Origin: Trichosphaerium sp. ATCC 40318
Taxonomy: Eukaryota; Protista; Tubulinea
Length of the DNA stretch: 64,000 nt
Reading direction: 5' to 3'
Assembly: GCA_038496445.1 (NCBI GenBank)
Contig: JALMLS010000360.1
Coordinates: 1 to 64,000 of the forward strand
Below the pieces are notes generated by a model. The model did no database searches. It saw nothing but the letters and a program-made list of their open reading frames with translations, and was not told where the DNA came from. Shown here in pieces: positions 1 to 12,044 of the stretch. The position numbers and the translations under genes are program-made. Numbering within the stretch: position 1 is the stretch's first letter; each line of letters begins with the position of its first letter.

Positions 1-2142
1 AAAAAATTCTAGGACACCTCAAAAAACGTTATTTATGTCCAATTTTTGAGTATACTTCAGAAACACATATGTGTTTATAATATATATTTAACCAGAACTT
101 GCTGGTAATTAATAGTGTGCTTCAATCAACTATTTCATTGAAACTAAAACTGAGTTATTTCTGCTTGGGATCATATTCTTATCCTCTAACACCACCATGT
201 TTTGCAGGTAACTCTTTTACATCATGATGAGTAAGGATTACATTTCTTTCGTTTAATCCATTTTTTATCACTTTCAGTGTCCCAATAAAGCTATCGTCAC
301 CTGTCTCTAGACGGATTGTTGTCAATTGGTCGTTCTTTTGAACAAATCATTCTAATCCACAAAAACCTTTTTCACATCTTTCCTTTTGGCCGCAGGTGCT
401 CAATAAATTCGTGGTGTACGTATGCACAGTTATAGCGTATTTGATAATTTTGGTATCGAAATACAGAGGTTTCTTTTTCAATGAAGTTGATGAACATAAT
501 ATTTACATGAAAATGTCAAAAAACTCACTCTTGCTTGGGTACTTTATGCCATCAGATAGCCACAAGGTTGATGTAGTTATTTTTTACCACTATAGGAGTT
601 TTAGAGACAGAACTTGTTTTCGAATGGAGATACTTCAGGATTTACCCAAAAACAGGTTCATTGAAACTGTGTCACTACACTCCGTCAACTATGCTATAAT
701 TTACACTGTGTAATACCACACATATTGACTATCATATGAAAAGTGTGGGATGGTCAATTAGCTCTTGAGGTATTTAATTCCAAAAATCACTTTATTGTCC
801 ACTAGTACAGAATATTGGAATTTATCAATTACACAAGGCTGACAAGCTTAAAACTAATCTCAATTCATGACAAATAGCATTAGTGACACTTTCTGTAATT
901 TAAACACTTGTCAAAGCTTGTGTAATTGTTAATTTGGGGAACTCGCTTTTTTTTCATTCAGTACCCTGAAAACTAACGTTTTCAGCGTTTTCCGTGCGAT
1001 AAACGTCATTTGCAGGTACTTTATAGAAACGCCCTCGTATTTTGGTAGCATACGCTTGTTTTTGCCAATACCCGTGAATTGCATTTCAAGCACCTTATAT
1101 GGTGACACAACTCTTGAATCATCTGTTTGCTGCATTGAAGCTCAGTTGGTGCTTTTTTAGTTAAGCCAAACACAAACCACCAAAAAAAACTCGTAAAATA
1201 GTAAATAATTTATTTTACACTTAGATCTTAACAATGGAGCCAGCCATTCTAGGAGTACCTTCACATACGCAAAATCATTAATATGAGAGGTGTGAACTGC
1301 ATACAAAAATCGTCCCTAGAACTGCAACAACGCATGTATGCACTTGGCGCTGCAATAACACCTTGAAAAGTGTACAATAAACTTGCTGGTACGGTAAAGA
1401 CAAGAGATAAAGAGATTGAAGAAGAAAAAAAACTACAGCCCGAAGAAAAGAACAGGGCGGCACCCAGCAAAATACAATGAAGGCAACAGAAGGGATTCAT
1501 TCATTGCAAATATATATAACGGGTCGCCCTTGAGACTAAAGAAACCAACAGAGCACTGGGATAGAGCAGACCCAACAGCACCAACATCAACTTACTACCC
1601 AAATTATGAATCACAGGGCGCTGATTTCCCATGCTGCTCGAGGTGGTACTCTCAATCCCAAAGATAGACAAAACAGAACTTGAGGACATAGATCAGTACG
1701 TTGGCAGTGATCACAGTTCAGATAGTGACTTCCAGCAATACGATGAGGCAATAAACGACGACAGTTTTTGTTACCTACGTTCTTTATTTACTGCCGGCAA
1801 AATAGCCGAAAGTATATACAATACCAAGCCGGCTCTCAGAATAGGACGGCAAAAAAAAAATGCCTTCAGCGTTATGTGAAATAAAAAATTATCAATAGCA
1901 AAAACTATCGATAATCTGAGCCAGTTCCGTAAACTTAACTTTTCTTTGCATTTTTTATTTCAACAATTATTTCAATATGTATGTCAGGCAATCGCCTTCT
2001 TGAAACGATTCAGCTAATTAAAAAAAACCACAAAACCAGAACCGCAACACAAATTACAATAACGTTTCACTGAAAAATCTCATGTGTCAAGTAACACCGA
2101 CTTAATACTGATTTGTGATAACCTCAAGAGTGACAACACGTC

Positions 2143-5100
2143 ATGACAGAATCACAAAGTGACGCCAATACCAATATTGATGTTGTTGATGACTATGAAA
2201 AGGCAGCTTTAATTTATGCAGGTAACATGATATGATGAGATACAACATGTACATACCTTACTCTACTATTTAGCATACAAAGGATACAATGAAGTTGTAT
2301 CAATGTTAATTAATGCCAACGCCAATATTGATGCTGTTGGTGAATATGGAAAGACAGCTTTAATGATTGCAGGTAACATGATATGATGAGATATAACATG
2401 TACATACCTTACTCTACTATTTAGCACAAAAAGGACACAATGAAGTTGTATCAACATTACTCAACGCCAATGCCAATATTCATGCTGTTGATAGAGATGG
2501 AAATACAGCTTTAATTTATGCAGGTAACATGATATGATGAGATATAACATGTACATACCTTACTCTACTATTTAGCACAAGAAGGACACAATGAAGTTGT
2601 ATCAACATTACTCAACGCCAATGCCAATATTGATGTTGTTGATAAAAATGAAAATACAGCTTTAATTTATGCAGGTAACATGATATGATGAGATATAACA
2701 TGTACATACCTTACTCTACTATTTAGCACAAGAAGAACACAATGAAGTTGTATCAACATTACTCAACGCCAATGCCAATATTGATGCTGTTGATAAATAT
2801 GGAAATACAGCTTTAATGATTGCAGGTAACATGATATGATGAGATACAACATGTACATACCTTACTCTACTATTTAGCACACAGCGGGTACAATGAAGTT
2901 GTATCAACATTACTCAACGCCAATGCCAATATTGATGCTGTTGATAAATATGGAAATACAGCTTTAATTTATGCAGGTAACATGATATGATGAGATATAA
3001 CATGTACATACCTTACTCTACTATTTAGCAAAAAAAGAACACAACAAAGTTGTATCAACATTACTCAACGCCAATGCCAATATTGATGTTGTTGATAAAT
3101 ATGGAAATACAGCTTTAATTTATGCAGGTAACATGATATGATGAGATATAACATGTACATACCTTACTCTACTATTTAGCAAAAAAAGAACACAATGAAG
3201 TTGTATCAACATTACTCAACGCCAATGCCAATATTGATGCTGGTGATAAAGATGGAAAGACAGCTTTAATTTATGCAGGTAACATGATATGATGAGATAC
3301 AACATGTACATACCTCACTCTACTATTTAGCACAAGAACGACACAATGAAGTTGTATCAATGTTAATTAATGCCAACACCAATATTGATGCTGTTGATAA
3401 ATATGGAAAGACAGCTTTAATTTATGCAGGTAACATGATATGATGAGATACAACATGTACATACCTTACTCTACTATTTAGCATACAAAGGATACAATGA
3501 AGTTGTATCAATGTTAATTAATGCCAACGCCAATATTGATGCTGTTGATAAATATGGAAATACAGCTTTAATGATTGCAGGTAACATGATATGATGAGAT
3601 ATAACATGTACATACCTTACTCTACTATTTAGCACAAGAAGGACATAATGAAGTTGTATCAACATTACTCAATGTCAATGCCAATATTCATGCTGTTGAT
3701 AAAGATGGAAACACAGTTTTACATTTTTCAGGTTACATCAAAAGAAATACTACAAGTTTAGCTTATGTTACTATTTAGCACAAAGAGGAAATAATGAAAT
3801 TATACCAATATTACTTAAAGCACATTTAAATAAGAACGCTGGTGATGAAAATAGAAACAATGTTGATTTAGGTACTGTTGCAATTTCACACTTGTAACCC
3901 TATTTGTTTGAAACGAACAATAGTTAACAGTTGGGTTTTAGTTATATCACCAGATAAGAAAAAGTGGCAAGATTTTCTTTTATTGTTATTTAAACAAGTG
4001 ATATCAAATGCTCCAGCATCTGTTGAAGCGTTTGTAACTTTTTTAAAATACTGTCCAAGTGGTAAACAATGCCATGCACTGTGGAAATCTTGTTCATCCT
4101 TTATGTCCTCCACAAACAGTGACAGATTGGAAATGCAAATGACACAATACAACAAAGCATACTTCGAGCAGTGGAAACAAGATCTTACACATCCTAAAAA
4201 ATGGCTTCGGTACTTGGTATGCTACTTTTGAAATGCTTTACTTGTTTTAATTATTACAACCTTCAGCCAACGCGTTCTTATTTTAAACTGGCAATGGAAA
4301 AGGGCATTTGTTATTTAATTTGTTCTGTGTGCAATCCCAAAGTTGCTTTGTCTGCAGTACGAATCCACAAACCACATGTAAACTTTATAACTGTTTGCTT
4401 TTTACTAGAACTTCTGGAAACAAGATGGAGAATTAATGCGAGGCATCTTGTTTGATATGCCCAATGATGCCTGGAGCAACACCGATCAAATTGACTACTT
4501 TGAAGATATCACTACAGGTATCAAGGTCACTGTTTTGCTGCAAAAACTAAAGTACCACAAAGGAATTAAGGCTGTAAACACGCGGGAGTTAAATCGGAGG
4601 TTGCATTTTGCAAATAATTGGGACAGATCTAACAGCACGTGCGTTCAAACTTATTACCATTTAGGTGGTTTTTTCAGTTTATTTTAAAAAGGGGCATTGA
4701 TTTAAAGGCGACTGACTACAGGACACTGAATCTGCTTGATACAACTGACAAAGTGGCTGTAAGAGAATTCAACATCCTCAAACAACAGATGTCCAAAATG
4801 CACGGCTATGACCAATACGATATTGTTGAAGCGACTCTTGTTTACAATGATATCTTGAATGACAACTTTGGACAATTCAACAACATACTACAACACAGAC
4901 ATCAGTACTCTATTATAATTACCCTGTTTTGATGTGTCTAAGTATGTACTTGTAGAGGACTTCCCAACTTGTTTAAAAAACAAAATTGGAAAAATGGCAT
5001 ACATAAAAAGTACAAAGAGAGTGTTTACAAACAACACAATTCCACACCAATGCAAAAATATTCAAGTACCAATAACGAGGACGCTTCAAAAGAAGAGGTA

Positions 5101-6508
5101 ATGTTTGTTAAAAAAAGCTATTTGTACTAACCTACGTTTAGTCACCAGTGATATTGATGGCTCATGGTACAAGTGAAGAAGCAGCTTACAATATTGTAAA
5201 AGCTGGTTTTGGAACTGTGAGTGCTTTAGATGCTGGTTACTATGGTCAAGGGATATACTTCACAGTACGCGATAATAATGTAACACTATATTCATTTCTT
5301 TCACAACAGCGGAGTATAAAATATGCGTGTTCTTATGATAAGGGAGGAAAGAAAGAGAAAACACTTATTTTGAGTCTTGTCACTCCTGGCAATGTATATC
5401 CTGTAAGTATCAATTTTATTGTCGTATCTAATTTGCAAAAAGGTACACCCAAAAGACAAGTTAAGAGGACAGCCAATAAAACCAGGCTACCAAAGTCATT
5501 TTGCATTGGTAGATAGCTTAGGTAGAGTTCTCAAAGAAAATAAACTTGCCAACGCGGTATACGATGAGCTTGTTGTTGCACAAGGTACAGGAGCAACTAC
5601 CAAAAAATTGTATTAACTTGATTTTGCAATCAGATTCTCAAGCTGTTGCTCGTTACATCATCAAAGTGAAAGATAATCAAATCAAAAAACGAATGAAAAC
5701 AAAAAAACCCAAGAAAGGTGGTAAAAAGACAAAGAAACAAAACAAAGAAGAAAATGAAGGTTCAGATGATGATCTCTCTGACTCTGATGATGATAATTTT
5801 ATTTCTAACCGGTAAGACATCATCCTTTTATTTAACCTCATATTGTTGCACAGAAAACTATGGGCTGCCCATGTGGACTCAACTGATGACCAGCAATCAA
5901 CTAGCAATGATGTATATCTCGACATAGAATTACAAAAAGCAAACCAGGAGATGAACAAACTAAAGAAGAGCAATGCGAATATGAAGGAACTTCTTGAGAA
6001 TTTACAGCAAACCAAAACAAACCAACAACATTATAATGCAAAGTTAGAGCAAGACAAATCAATCAAGCAACGACGCATCATCAAGTTGACAGAAACCGTC
6101 AATAATCTAAAGCAAGACAATAAAGTCAAAATAGCAGAAAACAATGCCAACCTAAAGCGAGACAATGTCAGCCTAACAGAAAGTGTCAATAACCTACAGC
6201 AAGACAACTCAACCAAGCAACAACACATCACCAACCTAACAGAAAGTGTCAACAACCTACAGCAAGACAATGTCAAGTTGATAGAAAGTGTTAATGACCT
6301 GAAGGAAGACAACGTCAAATTAACAGAAACCAATGCCATCATTAAAGAAAGTGTCAACAACCTGAAGAAAGATAACGTCAACGTATCCAAAAGCAACGCC
6401 AACCTGGAGCAAGATAACGTCAACATAGAAAAAAGCTTAAATAGCCTACAAGAGAGAAACGCCATTCTACTTGCCAAAATAGCCCAACTTGAAAATACAA
6501 ACAAGTAG
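2143..6508 (+). CDS. Multi-exon protein: ankyrin repeats + unknown middle domain + PARP-like ADP-ribosyltransferase (H-Y-E) + acidic/Lys linker + coiled coil (ANK-ART copy 1)
   Basis: ATG at 2143 (MTESQSDANTNIDVVDDYEKAALIYA) splices in phase 1 through ten 99-nt ankyrin exons (e.g. AQKGHNEVVSTLLNANANIHAVDRDGNTALIYA) and a capping exon (3779-3871). Later exons read ILMAHGTSEEAAYNIVKAGFGTVSALDAGYYGQGIYFT / RSIKYACSY...LILSLVTPGNVYP / ...GYQSHFALVD...AVYDELVVAQ / DSQAVARYIIKV, which are PARP-fold motifs. The last exon encodes a heptad coiled coil ending at TAG 6506-6508. The start codon is inferred. Confidence 0.85.
2222..3731 (+). repeat. Tandem array of 10 x 151 bp units (52-nt intron + 99-nt ankyrin exon)
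   Basis: The intron GTAACATGATATGATGAGATAYAACATGTACATACCTTACTCTACTATTTAG starts at 2222, 2373, 2524, 2675, 2826, 2977, 3128, 3279, 3430 and 3581, an exact 151-bp period. Confidence 0.97.
6080..6460 (+). repeat. Imperfect coding repeats (LTESVNNLQQDN-like, multiples of 7 aa) in the ANK-ART C-terminal coiled coil
   Basis: ACAGAAAGTGTCAA(T/C)AACCTACAGCAAGACAA-like units recur within ORF 5843-6508. Confidence 0.75.
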
Positions 6509-6782
6509 CTGTTACAATTAATTGGAGATTATGGTGGTACTTAGGTCGTTTGAGGTACAGAACACCTATAGCACTATCTCTCCTACATATTTTCGACACG
6601 CACGTTAGAGCTCTACAGTCAACAGCGATAGTTAGTTTTTGTATGCCAATATTAATACAAATGCTTGTCATAAATAAATAGTTTTTGTCCATTCAAGACG
6701 TGTTAATTTTTCCATACATCGATATAGAGATGAATTCAAGGTTCCTAAAAAAAATTTCGTAATAGTAGTTTACACCCTGTAG

Positions 6783-7146
6783 TAACGCCCTTCCGTTATG
6801 AATGAATAATTTGAATATTCAAATACAGCCTACATTCACAAATATTCACGACTAAAAAAATTCATTCATTATACATGCACACAGTAAAAGGCCGAAAATT
6901 GTGCAATTTGATGGCTGATTTTGACTGGATTTGTGGGTTTTGGTGTTCTGTTGACTATTCCGATTCGGTTTTCAAATGCAACTTGTTGAATCTATCCATG
7001 GAACATCGTTAGGTGCTACAAACCAAAAGCTCCTCAACATCCTGACTCACCAAACGCCCATGAATATTCATGAATGAATATTAATGAATATGGCTTACGG
7101 GACAATGAATATGAATATTGCTTGTATTCATAACGGAAGGGCGTTA
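6783..7146. mobile_element. Non-autonomous DNA transposon (MITE), hAT-like, 364 bp
   Basis: Terminal inverted repeats TAACGCCCTTCCGTTATGAAT (from 6783) and ATTCATAACGGAAGGGCGTTA (to 7146). The element is flanked by an 8-bp direct repeat CCCTGTAG (6775-6782 and 7147-7154) and has subterminal GAATA/TATTC repeats. An 8-bp TSD is characteristic of hAT elements. Confidence 0.88.
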
Positions 7147-7601
7147 CCCTGTAGTGACACTTATAAAACTTGTATGGATTATGGTAGGATATTTTGGGAT
7201 AACTATCCTGTCTATTGGCTTACTTTGTTGCTTTCGATGAATTGGTTGCTATGAGGACATTTTTAGAGCCAATATACGGTGGTGTTGCATAAGCTTTCGT
7301 CAATGACGGATGACTAAGTTAACGCTCCATTTAGATTTATTACTGATGATAACGGTATCACGTGGGCAGTTGCAGGTGCTTGGATCTTCTTTTTCCAGAT
7401 GGTAGCAAACAGCATGTACTTTTTTTTGTAGTTTTAGATTAGATATACATTTGCAAGTCCCGCTGCGATTGTAGGAAAAATTAATGGTATTTCATTCTGT
7501 CTTGGTGCTATATTAAAACTTTGGCGCCTTCTGTAATGGGATCTATATTTGAATGGAGCCAAACAAATGGTTTTGGTTTTCGCTTGAAAAAACGCGTCTT
7601 G

Positions 7602-7893
7602 ACGAAACACGTGCGTTTATCTCGCGGTAGAAAATACAGAAAAAAATAGGAATTGTAACATTTATGCAAACACAGTCAAGTTCAGTTCTGATTTTTTCCA
7701 CAACAGATCTACATGTCAATACGCGTATTTTGTATTTTGAAACTGACACAAGATTTGTAAACATTCCTCGTTTTTGGCTCAAAAAAACCACAAAGAAGTC
7801 CTCATATCTGGTTTGAAAAATCGATTTTTGATCTGATTCTTTACACACTAATGCGACATGTATATGTGCGTATAAAACTACAATAAAAATATT
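7602..7893 (+). repeat. Dispersed ~290-bp non-coding repeat, copy A
   Basis: Near-identical direct copy at 16297-16587 (ACGAAACACGTGCGTTTATCTCGCGGTAGAAAATACAG...CAATAAAAATATT). Confidence 0.92.
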
Positions 7894-9179
7894 GTCCAAA
7901 ACACATTCAAAAACAGCAGAATGAACAAATTTTTGACTTACAAACATAATGTTAGCGTATTACAAGGAGCCTCATATTGTACGTACCCAAGCAACACTGG
8001 GAAGAAAACCGAAAAATGTTTCTTTTTACCATTAGTGTAAGGCACGTAGCGCTGTTGGTTAGTCAACACTTTCGGTTTGGATTAAATGTTAACTCTAGGC
8101 GAATGAAGCAAATAACCAAAGCGAAGGGTACAAGGGTTGCTATTGCTACGTGAACATGTCATCACCAGTGTATACTACTCATTAAGGTTTAGACAATGAA
8201 TTGTTGGAAGCGTGGTTGCTATAAAGATCATAGGCACAAGTCATGTCAAAAAAAAAGTTGTTGCAAAAATACTGATGTGTAGTGGTTGTTAGCGCTCAAT
8301 ACTAGTAACGCAATATATTGGGTATCCGCCGTGGAAGGCAATGAAAAGACTGCATGTCCGCTTGATCAATTACAAAGTAACCACAAAGAAACAAGACATT
8401 ACCAAACCTCAACAAAAAAATAGGAACAAAGGGGTGACGCCTATGATACGATGTAGGGTAAAAGCGTTCTTTCCATCAATAACAACTGCAGACTCAATTT
8501 TTTTCTATACAACGCCTTGTAGGCACTCTGTTGATCTTCTACGTCGTAGACAAAATAACAGAAAAAAAAGTGTTGTAGACATGTTCTTTGGAGTAGATAG
8601 CGCATCGTGGTGCGTAAGGAGCCCGTCGGCCGTTTTTATGCCGCAGTGTTAGTTCTGTTAACCTCAAAACACAAAAATTTAAATAGACATAGCCTACTCT
8701 GATAATCTAAAGTGTTACAACGAAACCAGTGGAAGATAGAAAATACAAGACAAAAAAAATCTATCTCGACATGTGATCAAACAAAAACAAATGGTTACCA
8801 CGTTCTGCCTGGCGTAAAAACCTCAGCAAATTCGTTGTGTTGTTCCCACTTCTCGTTATGATAATGTTATAATAATACCGCGTTGGCTGTCGGGTTAAAA
8901 AATAGTCCGCGAAAACAAAGCGTTCTACATTACTACAAACTACCAAGAAAATAGGTATTGCCATCCAAAGGGTTTTTCTTTGTTTTCACAACTGTATTTT
9001 GAAAAACCGGTTCGCACTTGTTTCGCTCTGTCTCTGTACGCTTTTTTGATGATTCCTGAGCGACATCTCGTCAAATCACTTGCTAGCTTCACAATTAACG
9101 CTGTACTACTGAAATCTTAGCTACCTCGCTATGGAGTTATACTTACACAGTGTTACATAACGCTAGCGACTCAAAACCA

Positions 9180-10520
9180 TACTTGTTATTTTTTCGTTTC
9201 TGTCATTTCAATGTGAAGCATTTATACCAACTCTCCTACAAGGTCACTGAGGATTACTGCTGTCATGTTACCAATGTACTTTGAACATCATGTATTGCAA
9301 CGATTTCTTTATTATAGAGTTTAGCAATGACTTCAGTACTAGCACTTTCTAAGGGAAACGCTTCAACCCAAAGTGTAAAGTAATCTGAGAATAAAATGAT
9401 ATATCTGTTTTACCATGCCCGCGGTTGGAAACGTTCCAGCAAAATCTACTGCTAAATGGAGCATTAGATCTCATTCGTTCAATCGTGGATGTTCGTCTTG
9501 TTTTCTTGGCTTGGCATTTAGGACATTCGTGGATCTAATTATTAGTGTCAGTATAGTATCTTGCAATAATATCTAATTCTGGGTTTGTAAAACATCTTGT
9601 CAAAGCCTAAGTGTCTTGGTAGTGCATCAGCGTTACTGTGAACATGTCCTGGTCGATATTGTACTTCAAAATCCAGTTCTTGAAGTTTCATTATCACTCT
9701 AGCCAATCGATACAGTTGGGTTTTTAATGTTAAGTAAACAGTCACATTCTGTGACAGAGTAATTCTTTTCATCCGGTTGCACGAGGCACGCAATCTGTTC
9801 ATCACCATCTATTATCTGTGTAACTACACCAATGCTAATGCATCTGTGAAAAGAGTAAATCTGTGCGGATGCCATAGTAGCTTAGCGTACCCTTTTTATA
9901 AATCGTCTGTAGTAACCAGTTTTTCGTAGACAACATAAGTCTGAAAAGTCTTTGGGAGTCGAGATGTTAGAAATAGCACTGATCTTTGCTGGATCAGGCG
10001 CTATGTGCACTGTCAATTTGGTATGGCCATAATAGTGTATCAGGAGCGTTAGTAAGTCTAAACAGCTTACCTTTGTATTCAAATAGACCTTACTTCGTTG
10101 TAAAGGCAGTCTTCTCTTTATCTTCATCTGCCATAAGGATTTGCCAATAACCAGATGTCTAGTCGACTGAGATAGATAACTTAGCGTCTCCAATACAATC
10201 CAAGGTGTCATCTTAGCGTGATGGGATAGTTACCCCTTTTTGTTATTTTGTTTAATCTACGAATATCTTTTCCATCTTTCTTTGGTACTAACACAACAGA
10301 TGCAGCCCATTCGGGTTGGGAATGAAATAACGCTATAGTTCAACATGTCGTTAATATGCTTTTTATTCTCATTAGAAGCTTTATAGCTCTTTCTGTAGAG
10401 CTGACAGGAGCGTTAGTACCTGTCAATACGATGGCGAATTCTAGTATTGACAGTGTTGGAAGTGTCAGGTTTACTAAACAAATGTTGATTCGATTAAATG
10501 AGCTTCAACAACTGCGCTCT
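9180..10520 (-). mobile_element. Degenerate Ty3/Gypsy LTR-retrotransposon pol (RT, RNase H and integrase fragments)
   Basis: Minus-strand fragments with stops and frameshifts. RT: PEWAASVVLVPKKDGK, DIRRLNKIT, SGYWQILMADEDKEKTAFTT*GLFEY...LTNAP, PDPAKISAI...GYYRRFIK. RNase H: FTLFTDA and LQELDFEVQYRPGHVHSNADAL. Integrase: ILSDYFTLWVEAFPL. Confidence 0.88.
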
Positions 10521-11724
10521 TTGATCAATACTAATATTGGACCAATAACATTGTGTCCTTTAGAGAAACGAGATGAGGATAAGACAAAAGTTTTTTATTT
10601 ATTTTTCTGTCGGGATTGTCTTCAAATAAATCGATGGCAGTATTGATGTTGCTCATAAATTCATCGTCTCAGTCAAATGACTGCATTAAATCGTGCTAGG
10701 TAAACACAGTTGCAGAAAGAGTATCGATGCGAGGGTTAAGTACGCAACCCTGGTTGATAAGAACAGGCGCTGTATCAACTTGAATACAGTACGAGTTGTT
10801 GGCACAGAAGTTAGGCATAATAGTATTCCAACAAGGCCTAGACACGCTTGCCAAGGCGACATTCATGACAGTTTGTAGTGCCAGTGAGTCATCGTTGATA
10901 GGAGTGAAGCTGTTCTCAAACTAGTGAAGCATGGCGCTGAGAGATCTGTTGACATCAGCACAACAGTCAAAGAGATGACGCATTGTAGCAACAATATTAC
11001 TGTACATGTTCATGCTCGTGGGAGGCAATGTGAAGGAGCTTGTGATTAATCCAAAAGTCTAGTTAGGGAGGAACGGCATAGGCGCGTCCGAGCCAACAGG
11101 AGAAGAGACTTTGGGAAATGGTTGTAGCTCTGCATCCCACGGCTTGATAGAGCTTCCATTTAGACGTTTTCGCCATCAGAGTCAGTGTCCATGTCATCAT
11201 TGGCAACGTTTGGACATGGATCAGGTACAGTGTCACCATTCGCAATGCAACCAGTACTAGGAGAAGAGTTAGAATAGGCCGGTGCAGTAGTGCCGGGTGT
11301 CAAATGTATTGACACTCGAAAAATGTGTATTTTTGTTTGAATAAAAAGTATTTTGTTTGTCGAGAAAATCGAGAAGAGTTACTGTAGCGTTGATCACTAC
11401 GCGTAGGGTTTTAATTTTTGGTAAAACGGCATTGATTAAAGTTCTTGCACCGAAAATTATTGCCAACGTTGCAGTTTTGATTGTCATGCCGTTGATAGCG
11501 TCGTTAGGCGCTATCGGCTGGTTTGTTGGCTAGGAGTCGCCAATATTTTCCAAAACGTCATGAGAGAGTTGTTGATATTAGACGTCACCATGACAACGAG
11601 AATGACAGTTTGAACAACTGCTTTTTACTGTTTCTCTCTTCCGGAGGCTTCAACCGATCAAATCGTGCAATTAATGCTATCTACACCTCCAAAGACGGTC
11701 AAGTTGAAAAATCTGATTTCAGCT

Positions 11725-12044
11725 TGTTATTGACCAGCCCTCTACTCGTGAGAGTACTGCTCATACGCATTTCTACGCGTACAGAAACGTTATATAGCAC
11801 TTTAAACAAAAACTATGCTGTTATAGTATTTAACTCTTCTATTTCAGTCCCGAAACGATCAAGCAGTGCTCGAAATACTACGATCGCCACAATAAAGCAC
11901 AAAAATGAAGGACAGACACATTTTGAGACTTAAACTGAAAACCAGCGATAGCATGCAATTACCAAAGGTCTACTTTTCCGCTTGCGTTAAACATTGCATG
12001 AGCGATATGCGTTTTTCCCGGTTCTAATGAGAGGGCCTGTAACA
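11725..12044 (-). repeat. Candidate LTR (TG...CA ends with a short imperfect inverted repeat) upstream of the Gypsy relic
   Basis: The ends TGTTATTGACCAGCCCTCT and AGAGGGCCTGTAACA form an imperfect inverted pair and lie 5' of the minus-strand pol. I found no second copy. Confidence 0.3.

Noticed and set aside
1-1900. Short ORFs and decayed coding-like sequence at the window start
   Set aside because: Multiple stops in all frames and no motif I can assign.
2266-3665. Repeated 63-aa minus-strand ORFs (MLIQLH...)
   Set aside because: These are antisense shadows of the ankyrin exon-intron units.
2222-3731. CRISPR-like array (constant 52-nt repeat with variable 99-nt spacers)
   Set aside because: The repeats are GT-AG introns and the spacers are mutually homologous in-frame ankyrin exons. 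There are no cas genes and the context is eukaryotic.
6031-6504. 157-aa Leu-rich minus-strand ORF
   Set aside because: It is the antisense of the coiled-coil repeat exon.
2143-6508. Calling the ANK-ART genes tankyrase (TNKS)
   Set aside because: No SAM domain or tankyrase ARC pattern is seen, and the ART sequence and exon-per-repeat design differ. No symbol assigned.
7543-7947. ORFs 7543-7947 and 16101-16445 as a duplicated protein gene
   Set aside because: The frames differ between copies because of indels, and the composition is non-coding. Treated as a DNA repeat.
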